The translations under genes were made by a program, and so were the position numbers. This document shows positions 46,438 through 56,820 of a DNA stretch of 64,000 nt, in pieces (position 1 is the stretch's first letter; every line of letters starts with the position of its first letter). Source of the DNA: Candidatus Kaiserbacteria bacterium (GTDB lineage: Bacteria; Patescibacteriota; Minisyncoccia; Phycocordibacterales; UBA2100); assembly GCA_016217965.1 (NCBI GenBank), contig JACRFI010000016.1, forward strand, positions 65,837-129,836. Direction: 5' to 3'. Below the pieces are notes generated by a model. The model had not been told where the DNA came from. It was given only the letters and a program-made list of their open reading frames with translations, and did not search any database.

Positions 46438-47829
46438 ATGAAGCCGGTCACCATCGAAGGGTTGATCGCAGGACATGATAAGAAGCCTTTTTGCGCCGTT
46501 GTTGAAGTGGATAGTAAGGGATTAATCTCAAAAATCTCGAAGCCAAAGAAAGGTTTTAAGGCAACACACACATTTGGAGACGACTGCTTAATTTTCCCAG
46601 GATTCGGCGACGTGCATATTCATGCTAGGGAAGACGACACAGGTAAGCAGGTTTACAAGGAAGAATATAAGACTGCGGCGGATGCGGCGCTTCACGGAGG
46701 CGTCGTGCATGTATCCGCCATGCCAAACACGCCGAATCCTGTCGTCGGCAAGGAACAGTTCGCGTGGCATCGCAACCGTGTGCGCCAACTAAACCACTCT
46801 GTTTCCATATTGAACTACCTCGGCATTGATTCGAAAACGAAACCGCTCGGAAAACCCGGCGAACATTTCTATAAGTTGTATTTTGGAAAATCAGTCGGGG
46901 ACCTCACGGTTACATATGGGAACGAACTTGACGTGATACTTTCGAAATACAAAAAGCACGATATTTCGTTCCATGTCGAATACGAACCGGTAGTGCAAGC
47001 GCACGCATCCGGAAAAACACACACACAGCGCCGTCCTCTCGAATGTGTAAATGAGGGGTTGAAGATATTGCTGCCACTCATCGAGAAATACAAAATACGC
47101 GCGAAACTGTGCCATTGGTCCATCGGGGGGACTAGTTTCAAGATGATAGCTGCGGCGAGAAAGCGCGGCGCAAACATCGTACTCGAAGTTTCCCCGCTGC
47201 ATCTTCTTTTCGACACATCTATGACGGATGCAGACCCGTCGCTGTGGACTAAGATACAAATGAACCCCGCAGTTCAAGCGCCGGAACATCGGAAAGACCT
47301 CATAAAAGGTTTGAAAAACGGCTTCATTCAATTCCTGGCCACCGACCACGCGCCACATACGGAAGAAGAGAAATTTTCTGCGTTCACAAAATTTGCACAT
47401 GAGTATCCCGGAAAAAATAACAAAGAAATTTCCGAGATAATAAAAAAGAAAGACAGGAAATTATTTCTCGACACTTGTTGCGAGAATAACCACAGTGGCG
47501 CGCCATGGCTTGATACCTATGCGCTTGTTGCTACTTGGCTCATGAAGGAACACAACTTCACCGCGCAAGATATCGCACGCGCCGCCGCGTACTTTCCTGG
47601 GAAATTCGTGAATCCACATTTGAAGCGGCAATTCCCAAAGCAAAATTTTGGGAAGGGTTTTGGCGAAATAAAAAAAGGATTCGTTGGCTCTCTTACGGTC
47701 CTGAACCTGAAGAAGAAAACGAAAGTGAATCGCAACGATCTGCGGACAAAAGTAAAATGGTCAGCTCTCGAAGGGCGAGAAATGCCGGGAAGTATTGAGG
47801 CTGTATTTATCCGTGGAAAACGTATATAG
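46438..47829 (+). CDS. dihydroorotase-like cyclic amidohydrolase
   Basis: Metal ligand motifs FGDVHIHARED and ...LATDHAPHT... Confidence 0.6.
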   Translation: MKPVTIEGLIAGHDKKPFCAVVEVDSKGLISKISKPKKGFKATHTFGDDCLIFPGFGDVHIHAREDDTGKQVYKEEYKTAADAALHGGVVHVSAMPNTPNPVVGKEQFAWHRNRVRQLNHSVSILNYLGIDSKTKPLGKPGEHFYKLYFGKSVGDLTVTYGNELDVILSKYKKHDISFHVEYEPVVQAHASGKTHTQRRPLECVNEGLKILLPLIEKYKIRAKLCHWSIGGTSFKMIAAARKRGANIVLEVSPLHLLFDTSMTDADPSLWTKIQMNPAVQAPEHRKDLIKGLKNGFIQFLATDHAPHTEEEKFSAFTKFAHEYPGKNNKEISEIIKKKDRKLFLDTCCENNHSGAPWLDTYALVATWLMKEHNFTAQDIARAAAYFPGKFVNPHLKRQFPKQNFGKGFGEIKKGFVGSLTVLNLKKKTKVNRNDLRTKVKWSALEGREMPGSIEAVFIRGKRI

Positions 47830-47836
47830 TCACCCT

Positions 47837-48985
47837 ATGAACAAGAATGACACTGCTAAGAAGGCCCTAGCGCTCCATAAAAAACTCGGCGGGAAAATAC
47901 GGATATCGCCAGCAACGCCCGTCCGGAACAGGGTCGACCTGTCGCTTGTATATACCCCTGGTGTTGGATATGTCTCGTCGTATGTTGCGAAGCATAAAAA
48001 GGACGCGCGCGAGTACACGATGAAAGGCCGCATGGTTGCAGTGATATCCGACGGTTCTGCGGTTCTTGGGCTGGGGAACATCGGTGCGCTCGGCGCGCTT
48101 CCCGTGATGGAAGGAAAAGCTGCGCTATTCAAGACGTTTGCCGATGTGGACGCATTTCCCATCGTTCTCGATACGCAAGATGCGGATGAGATAGTGGATA
48201 CAGTGCTCCGCATTGCGCCCGGGTTTGGCGGTATCAACCTCGAAGACATCGCGGCGCCGAAATGTTTTGAAATTGAACGAAAGCTGATAGAGCGTCTCGA
48301 TATACCGGTGATGCATGATGACCAACACGGCACTGCCATTGTCGTTCTTGCGGGGCTCATTAACGCGATGAAGGTTGTAAAGAAAGATATGAATAGGAGT
48401 ACGGTTACCGTTTCCGGTGTTGGTGCAGCGGGCGTAGCAACAATGAAACTGCTCAAGAAATATGCGCCAAAGGTTAGGATTCTTGCTGTGGATAGCACGG
48501 GAATCGTGTGGAGCGGGCGAGATGACCTGAATTCGACGAAAAAAGAACTCATAAAGCACAAGATCATTTTCTCAGATACAGGCGGAGATCTGGAGAAGGC
48601 GCTTATCGATTCCGACGTATTCCTTGGCCTTTCTCGCCCGGGAGTCATCAACGCCGCTATGATCAAGAAAATGGCAAAGGACCCGATCATATTCGCGATG
48701 GCGAATCCGACGCCCGAGATAATGCCGGATGAAGCGAAAAAAGGTGGGGCGAAAGTCATTGCAACCGGCAGGTCTGATTTCCCGAATCAGGTAAATAATT
48801 CTCTCTCATTCCCTGGAGTATTTCGTGGCGCGCTCGACAATGGTGTTCGGAAAATAACAGATGATATGAAGATCAACGCTGCCAAAGCTATTGCGAGCCT
48901 CATTCAAAAGCCGACAACGCAAAAGATTCTTCCCGATATGTTCGACAAGCGAGTTGCGAAAAACGTCGCGCGTGCTATACGTTAG
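47837..48985 (+). CDS. NAD(P)-dependent malic enzyme (short form)
   Basis: ...LVYTPGVG..., VISDGSAVLGLGNIGA, HDDQHGTA, VSGVGAAG. The start was moved to an internal ATG to avoid overlap. Confidence 0.8.
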   Translation: MNKNDTAKKALALHKKLGGKIRISPATPVRNRVDLSLVYTPGVGYVSSYVAKHKKDAREYTMKGRMVAVISDGSAVLGLGNIGALGALPVMEGKAALFKTFADVDAFPIVLDTQDADEIVDTVLRIAPGFGGINLEDIAAPKCFEIERKLIERLDIPVMHDDQHGTAIVVLAGLINAMKVVKKDMNRSTVTVSGVGAAGVATMKLLKKYAPKVRILAVDSTGIVWSGRDDLNSTKKELIKHKIIFSDTGGDLEKALIDSDVFLGLSRPGVINAAMIKKMAKDPIIFAMANPTPEIMPDEAKKGGAKVIATGRSDFPNQVNNSLSFPGVFRGALDNGVRKITDDMKINAAKAIASLIQKPTTQKILPDMFDKRVAKNVARAIR

Positions 48986-48990
48986 AGCGA

Positions 48991-49962
48991 ATGAACAGCG
49001 ATCGCCCCATCAAGATATTTACAGGCGTCGCAGGAAAGGCGATGGGGGAGGCGGTATGCAAGCACCTTGGTATAGAGCTTGGCCAGGCACACGTCGGGCG
49101 TTTCAAAGACGGCGAGGTGCAAATACAGATATTGGAGAATGTGCGTGACACGGATGTATTCATAATCAATCCCACGAATCCTCCCGCTGAGAACTTGCTT
49201 GAGATGGTATTTCTCGCAGAAGCCGCCCATGACTCTTCGGCTGGGCGCATCACACTCGTCCCGACGTATTTGGGATACAACCGGCAGGACAGAAAAGACA
49301 GGCCCCGCGTTGCAACGAGCGCCCGCGTCGTCATTGAACTTCTTGCCCGGTCCGGAGCAGACCGCGCGCTTCTATTTGATCTTCATTCTGAGCCGACCGC
49401 TGGCTTTTTCCATCCGCTTATGGTGGATCATCTGTATTCTTCGTCGGTGACTGTTCCGTACTTGAAGAAAGTTCTCTCCAGCGAGTCCATACTCGCAGCT
49501 CCTGATAAAGGCGGTGTGTATCGTGCCGAAGCATATGCCCGCCGGCTTGGTCACGACGACTTTGTTGTATTTTTCAAAAGCCGTTCAGCGCCGGGGGAGG
49601 TGAAGCGCGAATCTATAAAAATTATCGGAAGCGTGGAAGGCAAAGATGTATTGTTTGTCGACGACATGATCGATTCTGGCGGAACGATGCTTGCAGACGT
49701 AGATGCTGCGAAACAAGCAGGAGCGAAGAAAGTGATGTGCTACGCGACGCACGCCGTATTCGCGTCGGATCCGAGGAAGGTCATCGAAGCCTTCGATGCG
49801 AGTGCCGTAGACGAACTCATCATCACCGACACAATTCCCCACGACCCAGAGCTCCTTAAATCGAAGCGAGTAAAAATAACGGTTCTCTCTATGGCGGAGC
49901 TGGTTGCAGAAGGCATTAGGCGGTTGCACGAAGGGAAGTCCTTGTCGGAGTTGATCCGCTAG
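48991..49962 (+). CDS. prs: ribose-phosphate pyrophosphokinase
   Basis: ...KIFTGVAGKAMGEAVCKHLGIELGQAHVGRFKDGEVQIQI...DDMIDSGGT... Confidence 0.9.
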   Translation: MNSDRPIKIFTGVAGKAMGEAVCKHLGIELGQAHVGRFKDGEVQIQILENVRDTDVFIINPTNPPAENLLEMVFLAEAAHDSSAGRITLVPTYLGYNRQDRKDRPRVATSARVVIELLARSGADRALLFDLHSEPTAGFFHPLMVDHLYSSSVTVPYLKKVLSSESILAAPDKGGVYRAEAYARRLGHDDFVVFFKSRSAPGEVKRESIKIIGSVEGKDVLFVDDMIDSGGTMLADVDAAKQAGAKKVMCYATHAVFASDPRKVIEAFDASAVDELIITDTIPHDPELLKSKRVKITVLSMAELVAEGIRRLHEGKSLSELIR

Positions 49963-49997
49963 CGCAGAAAGCGAGACCTGACTATAATCCGAACGTT

Positions 49998-50071
49998 CCG
50001 CCTGTAGCTCAGTTGGTTAGAGCACGGAGCTTATACCTCCGCGGTCCTTGGTTCGAGTCCAAGCAGGCGGA
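49998..50071 (+). tRNA. tRNA with anticodon UAU (Ile-type, reads AUA)
   Basis: Folded manually: acceptor CCGCCUG/CAGGCGG, U8 A9, D-arm GCUC-AGUUGGUUA-GAGC, anticodon stem CGGAG/CUCCG, loop CUUAUAC, variable CGGUC, T-arm CUUGG-UUCGAGU-CCAAG, discriminator A. No encoded CCA. Confidence 0.8.
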
Positions 50072-50072
50072 C

Positions 50073-50420
50073 ATGAATACCTATCGAGGCACGGTGCAAA
50101 AAGGCATCGGGCATGCGAAGCATCTGGGGTTTTCAACCATCAATATTCCGTTTACAGGTGGCGATATCACTGGCGTGCACGCTGCCAAAGTTGCTATCGG
50201 CGATACCGTGTATCAGGCTGCAGCCTTTGTGAATAGCGATCGGAATATTTTGGAAGCGCATCTGTTGGATTTTTCTGGCGAAGACTTGCTAGGGAAAGAA
50301 GCCGTTATCAATCTTGAAAAGAAGCTGCGTGATGCGGTGGTATTTGGTGATGATGTCGAAGCAAAAGAAATAATAGCGAGAGATGTAGACATGGTCCGGG
50401 AGTTCTATAAGCTGGGCTAA
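50073..50420 (+). CDS. ribK: riboflavin kinase (monofunctional RibF C-terminal-domain type)
   Basis: ...RGTVQKGIGHAKHLGFSTINI...GVHAAKV...ILEAHLLDFSGEDLLGKEAVINLEKKLRD... The start is placed after the tRNA. Confidence 0.65.
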   Translation: MNTYRGTVQKGIGHAKHLGFSTINIPFTGGDITGVHAAKVAIGDTVYQAAAFVNSDRNILEAHLLDFSGEDLLGKEAVINLEKKLRDAVVFGDDVEAKEIIARDVDMVREFYKLG

Positions 50421-51004
50421 TGTTCACTGGTATCGTTGAAAAGAGAGGCGAAATACTGTCCGCAAAGCAGAAGGGCATGAGCCGCGTTATTCGTGTTGAA
50501 AAGCCCGCGAGCTGGATACTCAAGAAAGGGCAAAGCATCGCAGTGGATGGTATTTGCTCCACGGTGCAAAAGTTTGGGCCGCGGTATTTTGAAGTTACGT
50601 ACATGCCTGAAACATTGATGCGGACTATCGCGCGCGGTTATGTCAGGGGCCGCGTCGTGAATCTTGAGCGTTCGCTGAAGTTGGGAAGTGCGGTTGAGGG
50701 CCACCTCGTGCAAGGACACATCGACACGCAGGGGAAGGTCGTGCGCGTAGTGCCGAGAGGTTCTTCGCGTGAAGTATCAATACGAATTTCTTCTCGGCTC
50801 ATGCCATTCGTTGCACGGAAGGGTTCCATATCTGTGAACGGTGTCTCGCTCACTGTTGCTTCGCTCGGCAAGAATATCTTTACCGTAGCGCTCGTGCCAT
50901 ATACGCTCGAACACACGAACCTTGGCGGCCTGAAGAGCGGTAGTGAAGTAAATATCGAGACCGACATGATCGCGCGCTATCTCGCGAGGCTCGTGAATAG
51001 GTGA
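50420..51004 (+). CDS. ribE: riboflavin synthase alpha chain
   Basis: MFTGIVEKRGEI... with two lumazine-binding repeats (GQSIAVDGICSTV / GSISVNGVSLTV). Confidence 0.85.
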   Translation: MFTGIVEKRGEILSAKQKGMSRVIRVEKPASWILKKGQSIAVDGICSTVQKFGPRYFEVTYMPETLMRTIARGYVRGRVVNLERSLKLGSAVEGHLVQGHIDTQGKVVRVVPRGSSREVSIRISSRLMPFVARKGSISVNGVSLTVASLGKNIFTVALVPYTLEHTNLGGLKSGSEVNIETDMIARYLARLVNR

Positions 51005-51480
51005 TAAGGTTTTCTCCAATGCAGAGAAAACACTACGCGTTGCCCGTTCGAGCGAAAGACGCTTCCAAACTGCGGGTCGGCATAGTGATCTCTCGGTTCA
51101 ATGCCGACATTACCGATAATCTCCTCTGCGGTGCTCGTGAGACATTGGAACAATGGGGCGTTAAAAAGGCGAATGTACATGTCTTTCATGTGCCGGGAAG
51201 TTTTGAGCTTCCGCTCGGCGCGCTGAAGCTTATCCGCAAGAAAAAACTTGATTGTATAGTCGCGCTTGGTTGTGTCATAAAAGGAGAGACGAAACATGAT
51301 GAATACATTGCTTCTGCGGTTTCCCATGGGTTTATCCGGCTTATGCTTGATCACGCTATCCCGATCGGATTTGGCGTTATTACGCCGAATAGCCTCGCGC
51401 AGGCGAAAGTGCGTTCTCGTGGAAAAACAAACAAAGGTTCCGAGGCCACAATAGCCGCTCTCGAAATGGCGCTTCTCTAA
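51001..51480 (+). CDS. ribH: 6,7-dimethyl-8-ribityllumazine synthase
   Basis: ...RVGIVISRFNADITDNLLCGARETL... Confidence 0.85.
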   Translation: MIRFSPMQRKHYALPVRAKDASKLRVGIVISRFNADITDNLLCGARETLEQWGVKKANVHVFHVPGSFELPLGALKLIRKKKLDCIVALGCVIKGETKHDEYIASAVSHGFIRLMLDHAIPIGFGVITPNSLAQAKVRSRGKTNKGSEATIAALEMALL

Positions 51481-51530
51481 CGTGTGAATTCTTGGGTTGC
51501 ATGCTAGGTGTACCGTGCGACAATACTCGC

Positions 51531-52874
51531 ATGCGAAAAATTCTCCTTGGGTGCGCTCTTTTCTGTGCATGTGTGCCGTTCGTTGCAGGCGCACTCACGG
51601 TGGATGAGCTCCGCGCCCAAATAGAGGATCTCTTGCGGCAAATTGATGCCCTGCAACAGCAACTTGGCGGAGGGCAAACTACTCCCCAAACGGGAGGTAT
51701 GACATACATACCGCCGTCCGCGACGCCTACTGCAGTTCCCGCGTCATTTGATTGCCCATACATCAGCCGTTCCCTCAAGATCGGAAGTTCGGGGGATGAT
51801 GTTGCAAGGCTCCAACAATTTCTTGCGTTTGATCCGTCACTGTACCCAGAAGCACAAGTCAGCGGCTATTATGGCGCACTCACCGAAGCCGCCATACGTC
51901 GATTCCAATGCAAGAATAAGATCGTGTGTGATGGAACTCCTGCAGCCACCGGGTATGGTGTCACAGGTCCGCGCACTGCCTCGCTTCTCGCGCTCCAGTG
52001 CGCCGATAGGGCGGGGCAGGGGCAAGCGAGCGGATTCATACGGGTAACTCCAATTTCGGGTGCAGCTCCGCTTCCTGTTGCCGTGGAAGCTACGGTGAAC
52101 ACATCACGATCGTGTGCAGCAGCGACCTATGAGCTTGATTTTGGGGACCAAGCAGCAAGGATTCCTATCCACGTGCCTGCGAATACGTGCAACGAGCTTC
52201 GCCAGACGTTCAGTCACACGTACGTCTCTGGCGGTGTCTTTACTATTTTGCTTCGCTCCGGCACGCATCAGGTGTCAGCAAATGTCAGCGTCTCGGGAGG
52301 AAGCGGCCAGACTGGGGACACGATGTACGCATCGCCCACGTCAGGGGCTAGGCCGCTTCAGGCCACATTCACGGGTGTCGTGAACGCAGCGGGTGTGTGT
52401 GATTCGGGGCAGTACTCCATAAATTTCGGTGACGGACAAACTGCGACAATAAATCTGTCGGGCTGCACGCCGAATAGTTACAGCATCACGCACCGCTATG
52501 ATTCATCAGGAAATTTTATCGCGCGTTTATACCGAGGCGGGACAGAAGTACGAAGCGTTGGTATCACGGTTGCGGGGAGCGGGGGAAGCGGAGGAGATAC
52601 AAGCGGCGGCTATTTTGCAGTAAGCCCTGGCTTTGGCGGCGATGTTTACACAGTTGAGGCGGAATTTGAGTTGGAGAAAAGCTGCGCGCGCTATGATCTT
52701 GATTGGGGAGATGGCGCTTCCCACTCGTCTCAATCGGAGGGGAATTGCAATGGAAGCAATGTAACCAAAAAGATTACGCACACCTACGATGAATCTGGAA
52801 CGTACACGCTTGTTTTGAAACGTGGCTCGAATCTTTCTGCGGAAGATTCTGTCGGTGTTTCAATAGAATACTAA
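51531..52874 (+). CDS. secreted protein: peptidoglycan-binding (PG_binding_1-like) domain plus three PKD-like repeats
   Basis: Signal peptide. ...LKIGSSGDDVARLQQFLAFDP...SGYYGALTEAAIRRFQ. Three repeats of the pattern (Y/I)xxDFGDG...HTY...G. Confidence 0.55.
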   Translation: MRKILLGCALFCACVPFVAGALTVDELRAQIEDLLRQIDALQQQLGGGQTTPQTGGMTYIPPSATPTAVPASFDCPYISRSLKIGSSGDDVARLQQFLAFDPSLYPEAQVSGYYGALTEAAIRRFQCKNKIVCDGTPAATGYGVTGPRTASLLALQCADRAGQGQASGFIRVTPISGAAPLPVAVEATVNTSRSCAAATYELDFGDQAARIPIHVPANTCNELRQTFSHTYVSGGVFTILLRSGTHQVSANVSVSGGSGQTGDTMYASPTSGARPLQATFTGVVNAAGVCDSGQYSINFGDGQTATINLSGCTPNSYSITHRYDSSGNFIARLYRGGTEVRSVGITVAGSGGSGGDTSGGYFAVSPGFGGDVYTVEAEFELEKSCARYDLDWGDGASHSSQSEGNCNGSNVTKKITHTYDESGTYTLVLKRGSNLSAEDSVGVSIEY

Positions 52875-52878
52875 ATGT

Positions 52879-55149
52879 TCACTCTCGGTGAGCGGTGAGT
52901 TGCAAGGCAGCCACGCGAGCACTGAGAGCGGGATTCTTTTCAAGCGTAGGGTCATTCTTGATATAGTATGATGCCTCGTCGCGCGCCGCTTTGATAAGCC
53001 GCATATTTTGCAGCGCCTCCATGCCAAGATCGGACATGCCCCACTGGCGCCTCCCAAGCAGATCTCCCGCGCCGCGCGCTGCGAGATCCGCTTCTGCGAG
53101 CGCGAACCCATTGTCACTTTTTTCGAGCGCCTTGAGGCGCTTCATTGCCACTTGCCCTTTCGTTTCCGAGAGAAGGAAGCAGTGCGGAGGATGAGAGGAG
53201 CGCTGAACGCGGCCGCGAAGCTGGTGCAGCTGCGCTAAACCGAATCGCTCTGCGCCTTCTATCATCATTACGGTCGCGTTCGGGACATTAATGCCGACTT
53301 CCACAACAGAGGTTGCGACCAAGATATCTATTTCGTGCGCAGCGAATTGTCGCATGACGTTATCTTTTTCTCTCGGCGTTACTGAGCCGTGGAGGAGTCC
53401 GATGCGAAACTCGGGGAAGACGTCTTTTGCCAGCCGTTTGGCCTCTGCTTTTGCCGATTTTGCCTGCAGCGCGTTTATTTTTGCTGGATCGGGCTCGTCG
53501 ATGCGCGGGCATATCACGAAGGCTTGTCGCCCCTTCTGTAGTTCACGCCGCACGGCTTCGTACGCGCTGCCGCGTTCTCCTCTCGAGATTATTTTTGTAG
53601 ATATTTTTGCGCGTCCCGGCGGCAGCTCATCCAATATTGAGAGGTCCAAGTCCCCATACATAGTGAGGGCGAGTGTGCGCGGAATGGGCGTTGCGGTCAT
53701 CGAGAGAAAGTGGGGCGCAGCATCTCCTTTATGCGCCAATTCCCGCCGCTGCTTGGTGCCGAACCGGTGTTGCTCGTCTACGATAGCTAGCGCGAGGTGC
53801 TTGAACTCGACCTTTTTCTGTATGAGGGCATGTGTTCCAACGAGCATCGCTATTTCGCCCCCTTTCACCCATTTGAGGAGTTGTGTGCGGGAAATATCTG
53901 TCGCGTTGCCGGGTGAAGATTTTGATGGGAATTTTTTGCAGCCGCTTCCGGTTATAAGCGCGATATTGATAGGGAGATGTTTGAAATACTCGATAAAGGA
54001 TTGGAAATGCTGGCTTGCCAGTATCTCGGTTGGCGCCATGTACGCAACTTGAAGCGTACCGAAGTTTTGTTCGCGAGGCTTGCTGTTTACAACAGCGTAA
54101 CTTGCTGCGGCGGCAACAAGCGTTTTCCCGCTTCCGACGTCGCCTTCGAGTAGCCGTGCCATCGGATGCCCTTTTTCAAGGTCCGTGATGATGTCGCGTA
54201 CCGCACGTTTCTGCGCGGCGGTTGGAGGGAATGGGATGGTATCCAGAAATCGTGCGACATGTGTTTCCGCCCCGTCTATTCTGAAAGACGGCATCGTATC
54301 GTTTTCGGCTTTCTCACGGAGGCGCGTAATGTTAATGGCGTATATTTCTTCGAAGGCAAAACGTTTCCGCGCCGCTTCGGCATGCGTCTCTTTTTCCGGC
54401 TTATGTAGCCACACAAGCGCAGTCGCAAGGTCGGGCAGGTGATAGCGCAGGCGGATATCTTCTTGGATAGGGTCTGCGAGTGACGTATGCACTCCATGTT
54501 GGAAGACTCGTTCGAGTGCGTGGTAGAACCAACGTGACGTGATGCCTCGAGTTTCAGGGTAGATAGGGAAAAGAGAGGTTCTAGGTTCTAGGTTTGAGGT
54601 GCTAGCAGAATCGAATAAAGCATCCTCCTTTGCTGGTAGGATAAATCCTGCGGGTAAGGCCTCTATCTCAGGATTCGTTATGTACGGTTTGTTTTTTCCT
54701 GCGACTGTGCCGGTCAATTTCACCAATTGTCCTTGCGGCGCCATCTTCGCGATGTACGGCTGATTGAACCACAGCACTTTCACTTTCCCGCTCTGGTCTT
54801 CAAAGTAACCTTCGGTTGCTGTGCGGCGGCTTTTCCAGAGCCTCTTTGCTTCTAGTTTCGAAAGTGTTCCATAGAGCGTGACTTTAGTTCCGTATACGAG
54901 GCGCGATACGTCCGAAGACTCTCCCGCGCGTTCATATCGTGCTGGAAAATGCCGAAGCAGATCCTCGACGGTAGCTATATGAAGGCGTTTCAGCGCCGAC
55001 ACTTGTGTTTGTATGAGCCGGAAGTGTTGTGACAGTAGATCGCCGGGTTGCATTCCCGGATTATAAGCCCAGGCAGCGGAAACCTGCCCATGAACCAACT
55101 TTGGTCCTTCACACTGCAAGTGTGTCGGATTAGGTGCTGGGTTATTCAC
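52879..55149 (-). CDS. recG: ATP-dependent DNA helicase RecG
   Basis: Wedge/OB region; helicase motifs GDVGSGKT and DEQHRFG; and C-terminal ...QLHQLRGRVQR... Confidence 0.9.
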   Translation of the reverse strand: MNNPAPNPTHLQCEGPKLVHGQVSAAWAYNPGMQPGDLLSQHFRLIQTQVSALKRLHIATVEDLLRHFPARYERAGESSDVSRLVYGTKVTLYGTLSKLEAKRLWKSRRTATEGYFEDQSGKVKVLWFNQPYIAKMAPQGQLVKLTGTVAGKNKPYITNPEIEALPAGFILPAKEDALFDSASTSNLEPRTSLFPIYPETRGITSRWFYHALERVFQHGVHTSLADPIQEDIRLRYHLPDLATALVWLHKPEKETHAEAARKRFAFEEIYAINITRLREKAENDTMPSFRIDGAETHVARFLDTIPFPPTAAQKRAVRDIITDLEKGHPMARLLEGDVGSGKTLVAAAASYAVVNSKPREQNFGTLQVAYMAPTEILASQHFQSFIEYFKHLPINIALITGSGCKKFPSKSSPGNATDISRTQLLKWVKGGEIAMLVGTHALIQKKVEFKHLALAIVDEQHRFGTKQRRELAHKGDAAPHFLSMTATPIPRTLALTMYGDLDLSILDELPPGRAKISTKIISRGERGSAYEAVRRELQKGRQAFVICPRIDEPDPAKINALQAKSAKAEAKRLAKDVFPEFRIGLLHGSVTPREKDNVMRQFAAHEIDILVATSVVEVGINVPNATVMMIEGAERFGLAQLHQLRGRVQRSSHPPHCFLLSETKGQVAMKRLKALEKSDNGFALAEADLAARGAGDLLGRRQWGMSDLGMEALQNMRLIKAARDEASYYIKNDPTLEKNPALSARVAALQLTAHRE

Positions 55150-55492
55150 AGGTGTAGCGCTTGCATGCGCGGCACGCCTTTGTACGATTGCGGTGTTAGT
55201 AGGTAGCGATAATCACATCATGATGACTAATGATGATGAGGAGAAGGAAGAAGGAGAGGAGGGGGAGGACGCAGGAGCCGGCGATGATTTGCTAGAAGGT
55301 TTGGGGGATGAGATAGAGCCGGAATAACAGAGGATCGATAGAATCTTACTGGCGACGTAGAGCGAGTGAGGTGGGAAAACGTAGTTTTCACAGCTCCGAG
55401 CCGAGGAGCCAGAAATCTGAAGAGCCGATTTACACCCGCGGCTGAGGCCGCGGGTGTTTTCATATCGTGCATCGTGTCGTACTATTGCAACT

Positions 55493-55828
55493 ATGAATAC
55501 GCTTCTCACATTCGCAGGCACACTCGCAGCGGTTTTACTCACCGTCAATATCGTTCCAGGGATCACAATAGCAGGAGGATGGACCACTGTGTTTCTCGTC
55601 GCACTTGTGTGGTCCGTTATCGTGATGGTTATTCGCCCTGTCCTACAAGTGTTGACGTTTCCAATAACGCTCATCACATTTGGCCTTTTCTCATTCGTAT
55701 TAAATGCGTTTCTTTTTTACGCGATGACGTGGGTCGTACCGGGCTTTTCAGTTTCCGGTTTCTGGAGCGCAGCCTTTGGCGCAGTGGTTCTGTCGCTTCT
55801 GACGTGGCTGATTCAGAAAGTTTTGTAA
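55493..55828 (+). CDS. 4-TM membrane protein, PF04020 (phage-holin-4/DUF360)-like
   Basis: ...LTVNIVPGITIAGGWTTVFLVALVWSVIVMVIRPVL...VVPGFSVSGFWSA..., matching the family by eye. Confidence 0.45.
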   Translation: MNTLLTFAGTLAAVLLTVNIVPGITIAGGWTTVFLVALVWSVIVMVIRPVLQVLTFPITLITFGLFSFVLNAFLFYAMTWVVPGFSVSGFWSAAFGAVVLSLLTWLIQKVL

Positions 55829-55837
55829 AGCTTAGGC

Positions 55838-56704
55838 ATGAGCGACGTTCCTCCCAAGTTTCCACGTCGAGAGGCGCCGAGAATCCCGGGTCCGGAGCAG
55901 AAAAAACCCGAACAAATTCGACCGCCTTCAGCTCAGGCCCCCCGGCCGCTCACGACGCCTGCTCCTCAAGCCAAAATAGATAACAGAACTGATGAACAGA
56001 AGCGTTTAGATGCACGAAGAAACGCACTTGTCGCAAAGTCTCATGAAGACGCCAGGATCATCGAGGGAATCGAAAGATTAGAAAGTTCGAGAGAGGGATA
56101 TTTGCAGATCATTCGCGATGCGGGCATCAAGATCGGTGCGCCCACGTGGGAAGCGGTGAGTGAAAAGGCCTCGCCGTTTGGCATAGGGAGATCGATCAGA
56201 GAAGGAAAGAAAATAAAAAATATTGTTGAAAAAGTCGGTATTGGAAAGAATGAACGAGTGTCCCTTCTGAAATATCGGGATTGGCTGATCTCAAGAGTAG
56301 GAGAGAAGATAGGTGGTAATGTGCCGGGAACGCGTCCCGCGGGGATCGAAAGGCTTCTCGCGGACGTGTTGAGATACGAGTATAAAATTGGAGAAGAACC
56401 CGTAACTGATCCGAAGAAAGAGGCAATACGAGAGAAAACTAGACAGAAAGCGCTTAGCATATTGCGCGGGCTAAAGATTGAGGAACCGCACATCGTCGAT
56501 AGAATAAAAAGAGCTCTGAATGTAGAGCGGAAAGCGTGGATATACACGCCGCCACTATCTCTTCATGGTGGATATTTCTTTGTTCGTCCCGACGCAGAAC
56601 CAAAAGACATACATCGAGCTATTGAAGCAGCCATGGAAGAAAGAAAGCCACGGCAACAGAAAACGAGATCGAAGAAAAAGCAAAAAGCACCAAAGAAAAG
56701 ATAA
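55838..56704 (+). CDS. hypothetical protein with Pro-rich N-terminus and Lys-rich C-terminus
   Basis: ORF only. Confidence 0.35.
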   Translation: MSDVPPKFPRREAPRIPGPEQKKPEQIRPPSAQAPRPLTTPAPQAKIDNRTDEQKRLDARRNALVAKSHEDARIIEGIERLESSREGYLQIIRDAGIKIGAPTWEAVSEKASPFGIGRSIREGKKIKNIVEKVGIGKNERVSLLKYRDWLISRVGEKIGGNVPGTRPAGIERLLADVLRYEYKIGEEPVTDPKKEAIREKTRQKALSILRGLKIEEPHIVDRIKRALNVERKAWIYTPPLSLHGGYFFVRPDAEPKDIHRAIEAAMEERKPRQQKTRSKKKQKAPKKR

Positions 56705-56820
56705 GTAGATGCAAAGAAGTTTCAATCTGCGGTGTGATTATATCCTTTGTTCGAACTTTATTCGAGCGACGAGACTAGCGCTCGCGGCGCGACTCTCTCA
56801 AAACGCGAAGTCCTTTTCTG

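Noticed and set aside
50013-50072. Upstream extension of the riboflavin kinase ORF (start at 50013)
   Set aside because: It would run through the tRNA(UAU) gene on the same strand. The start was moved to the ATG at 50073.
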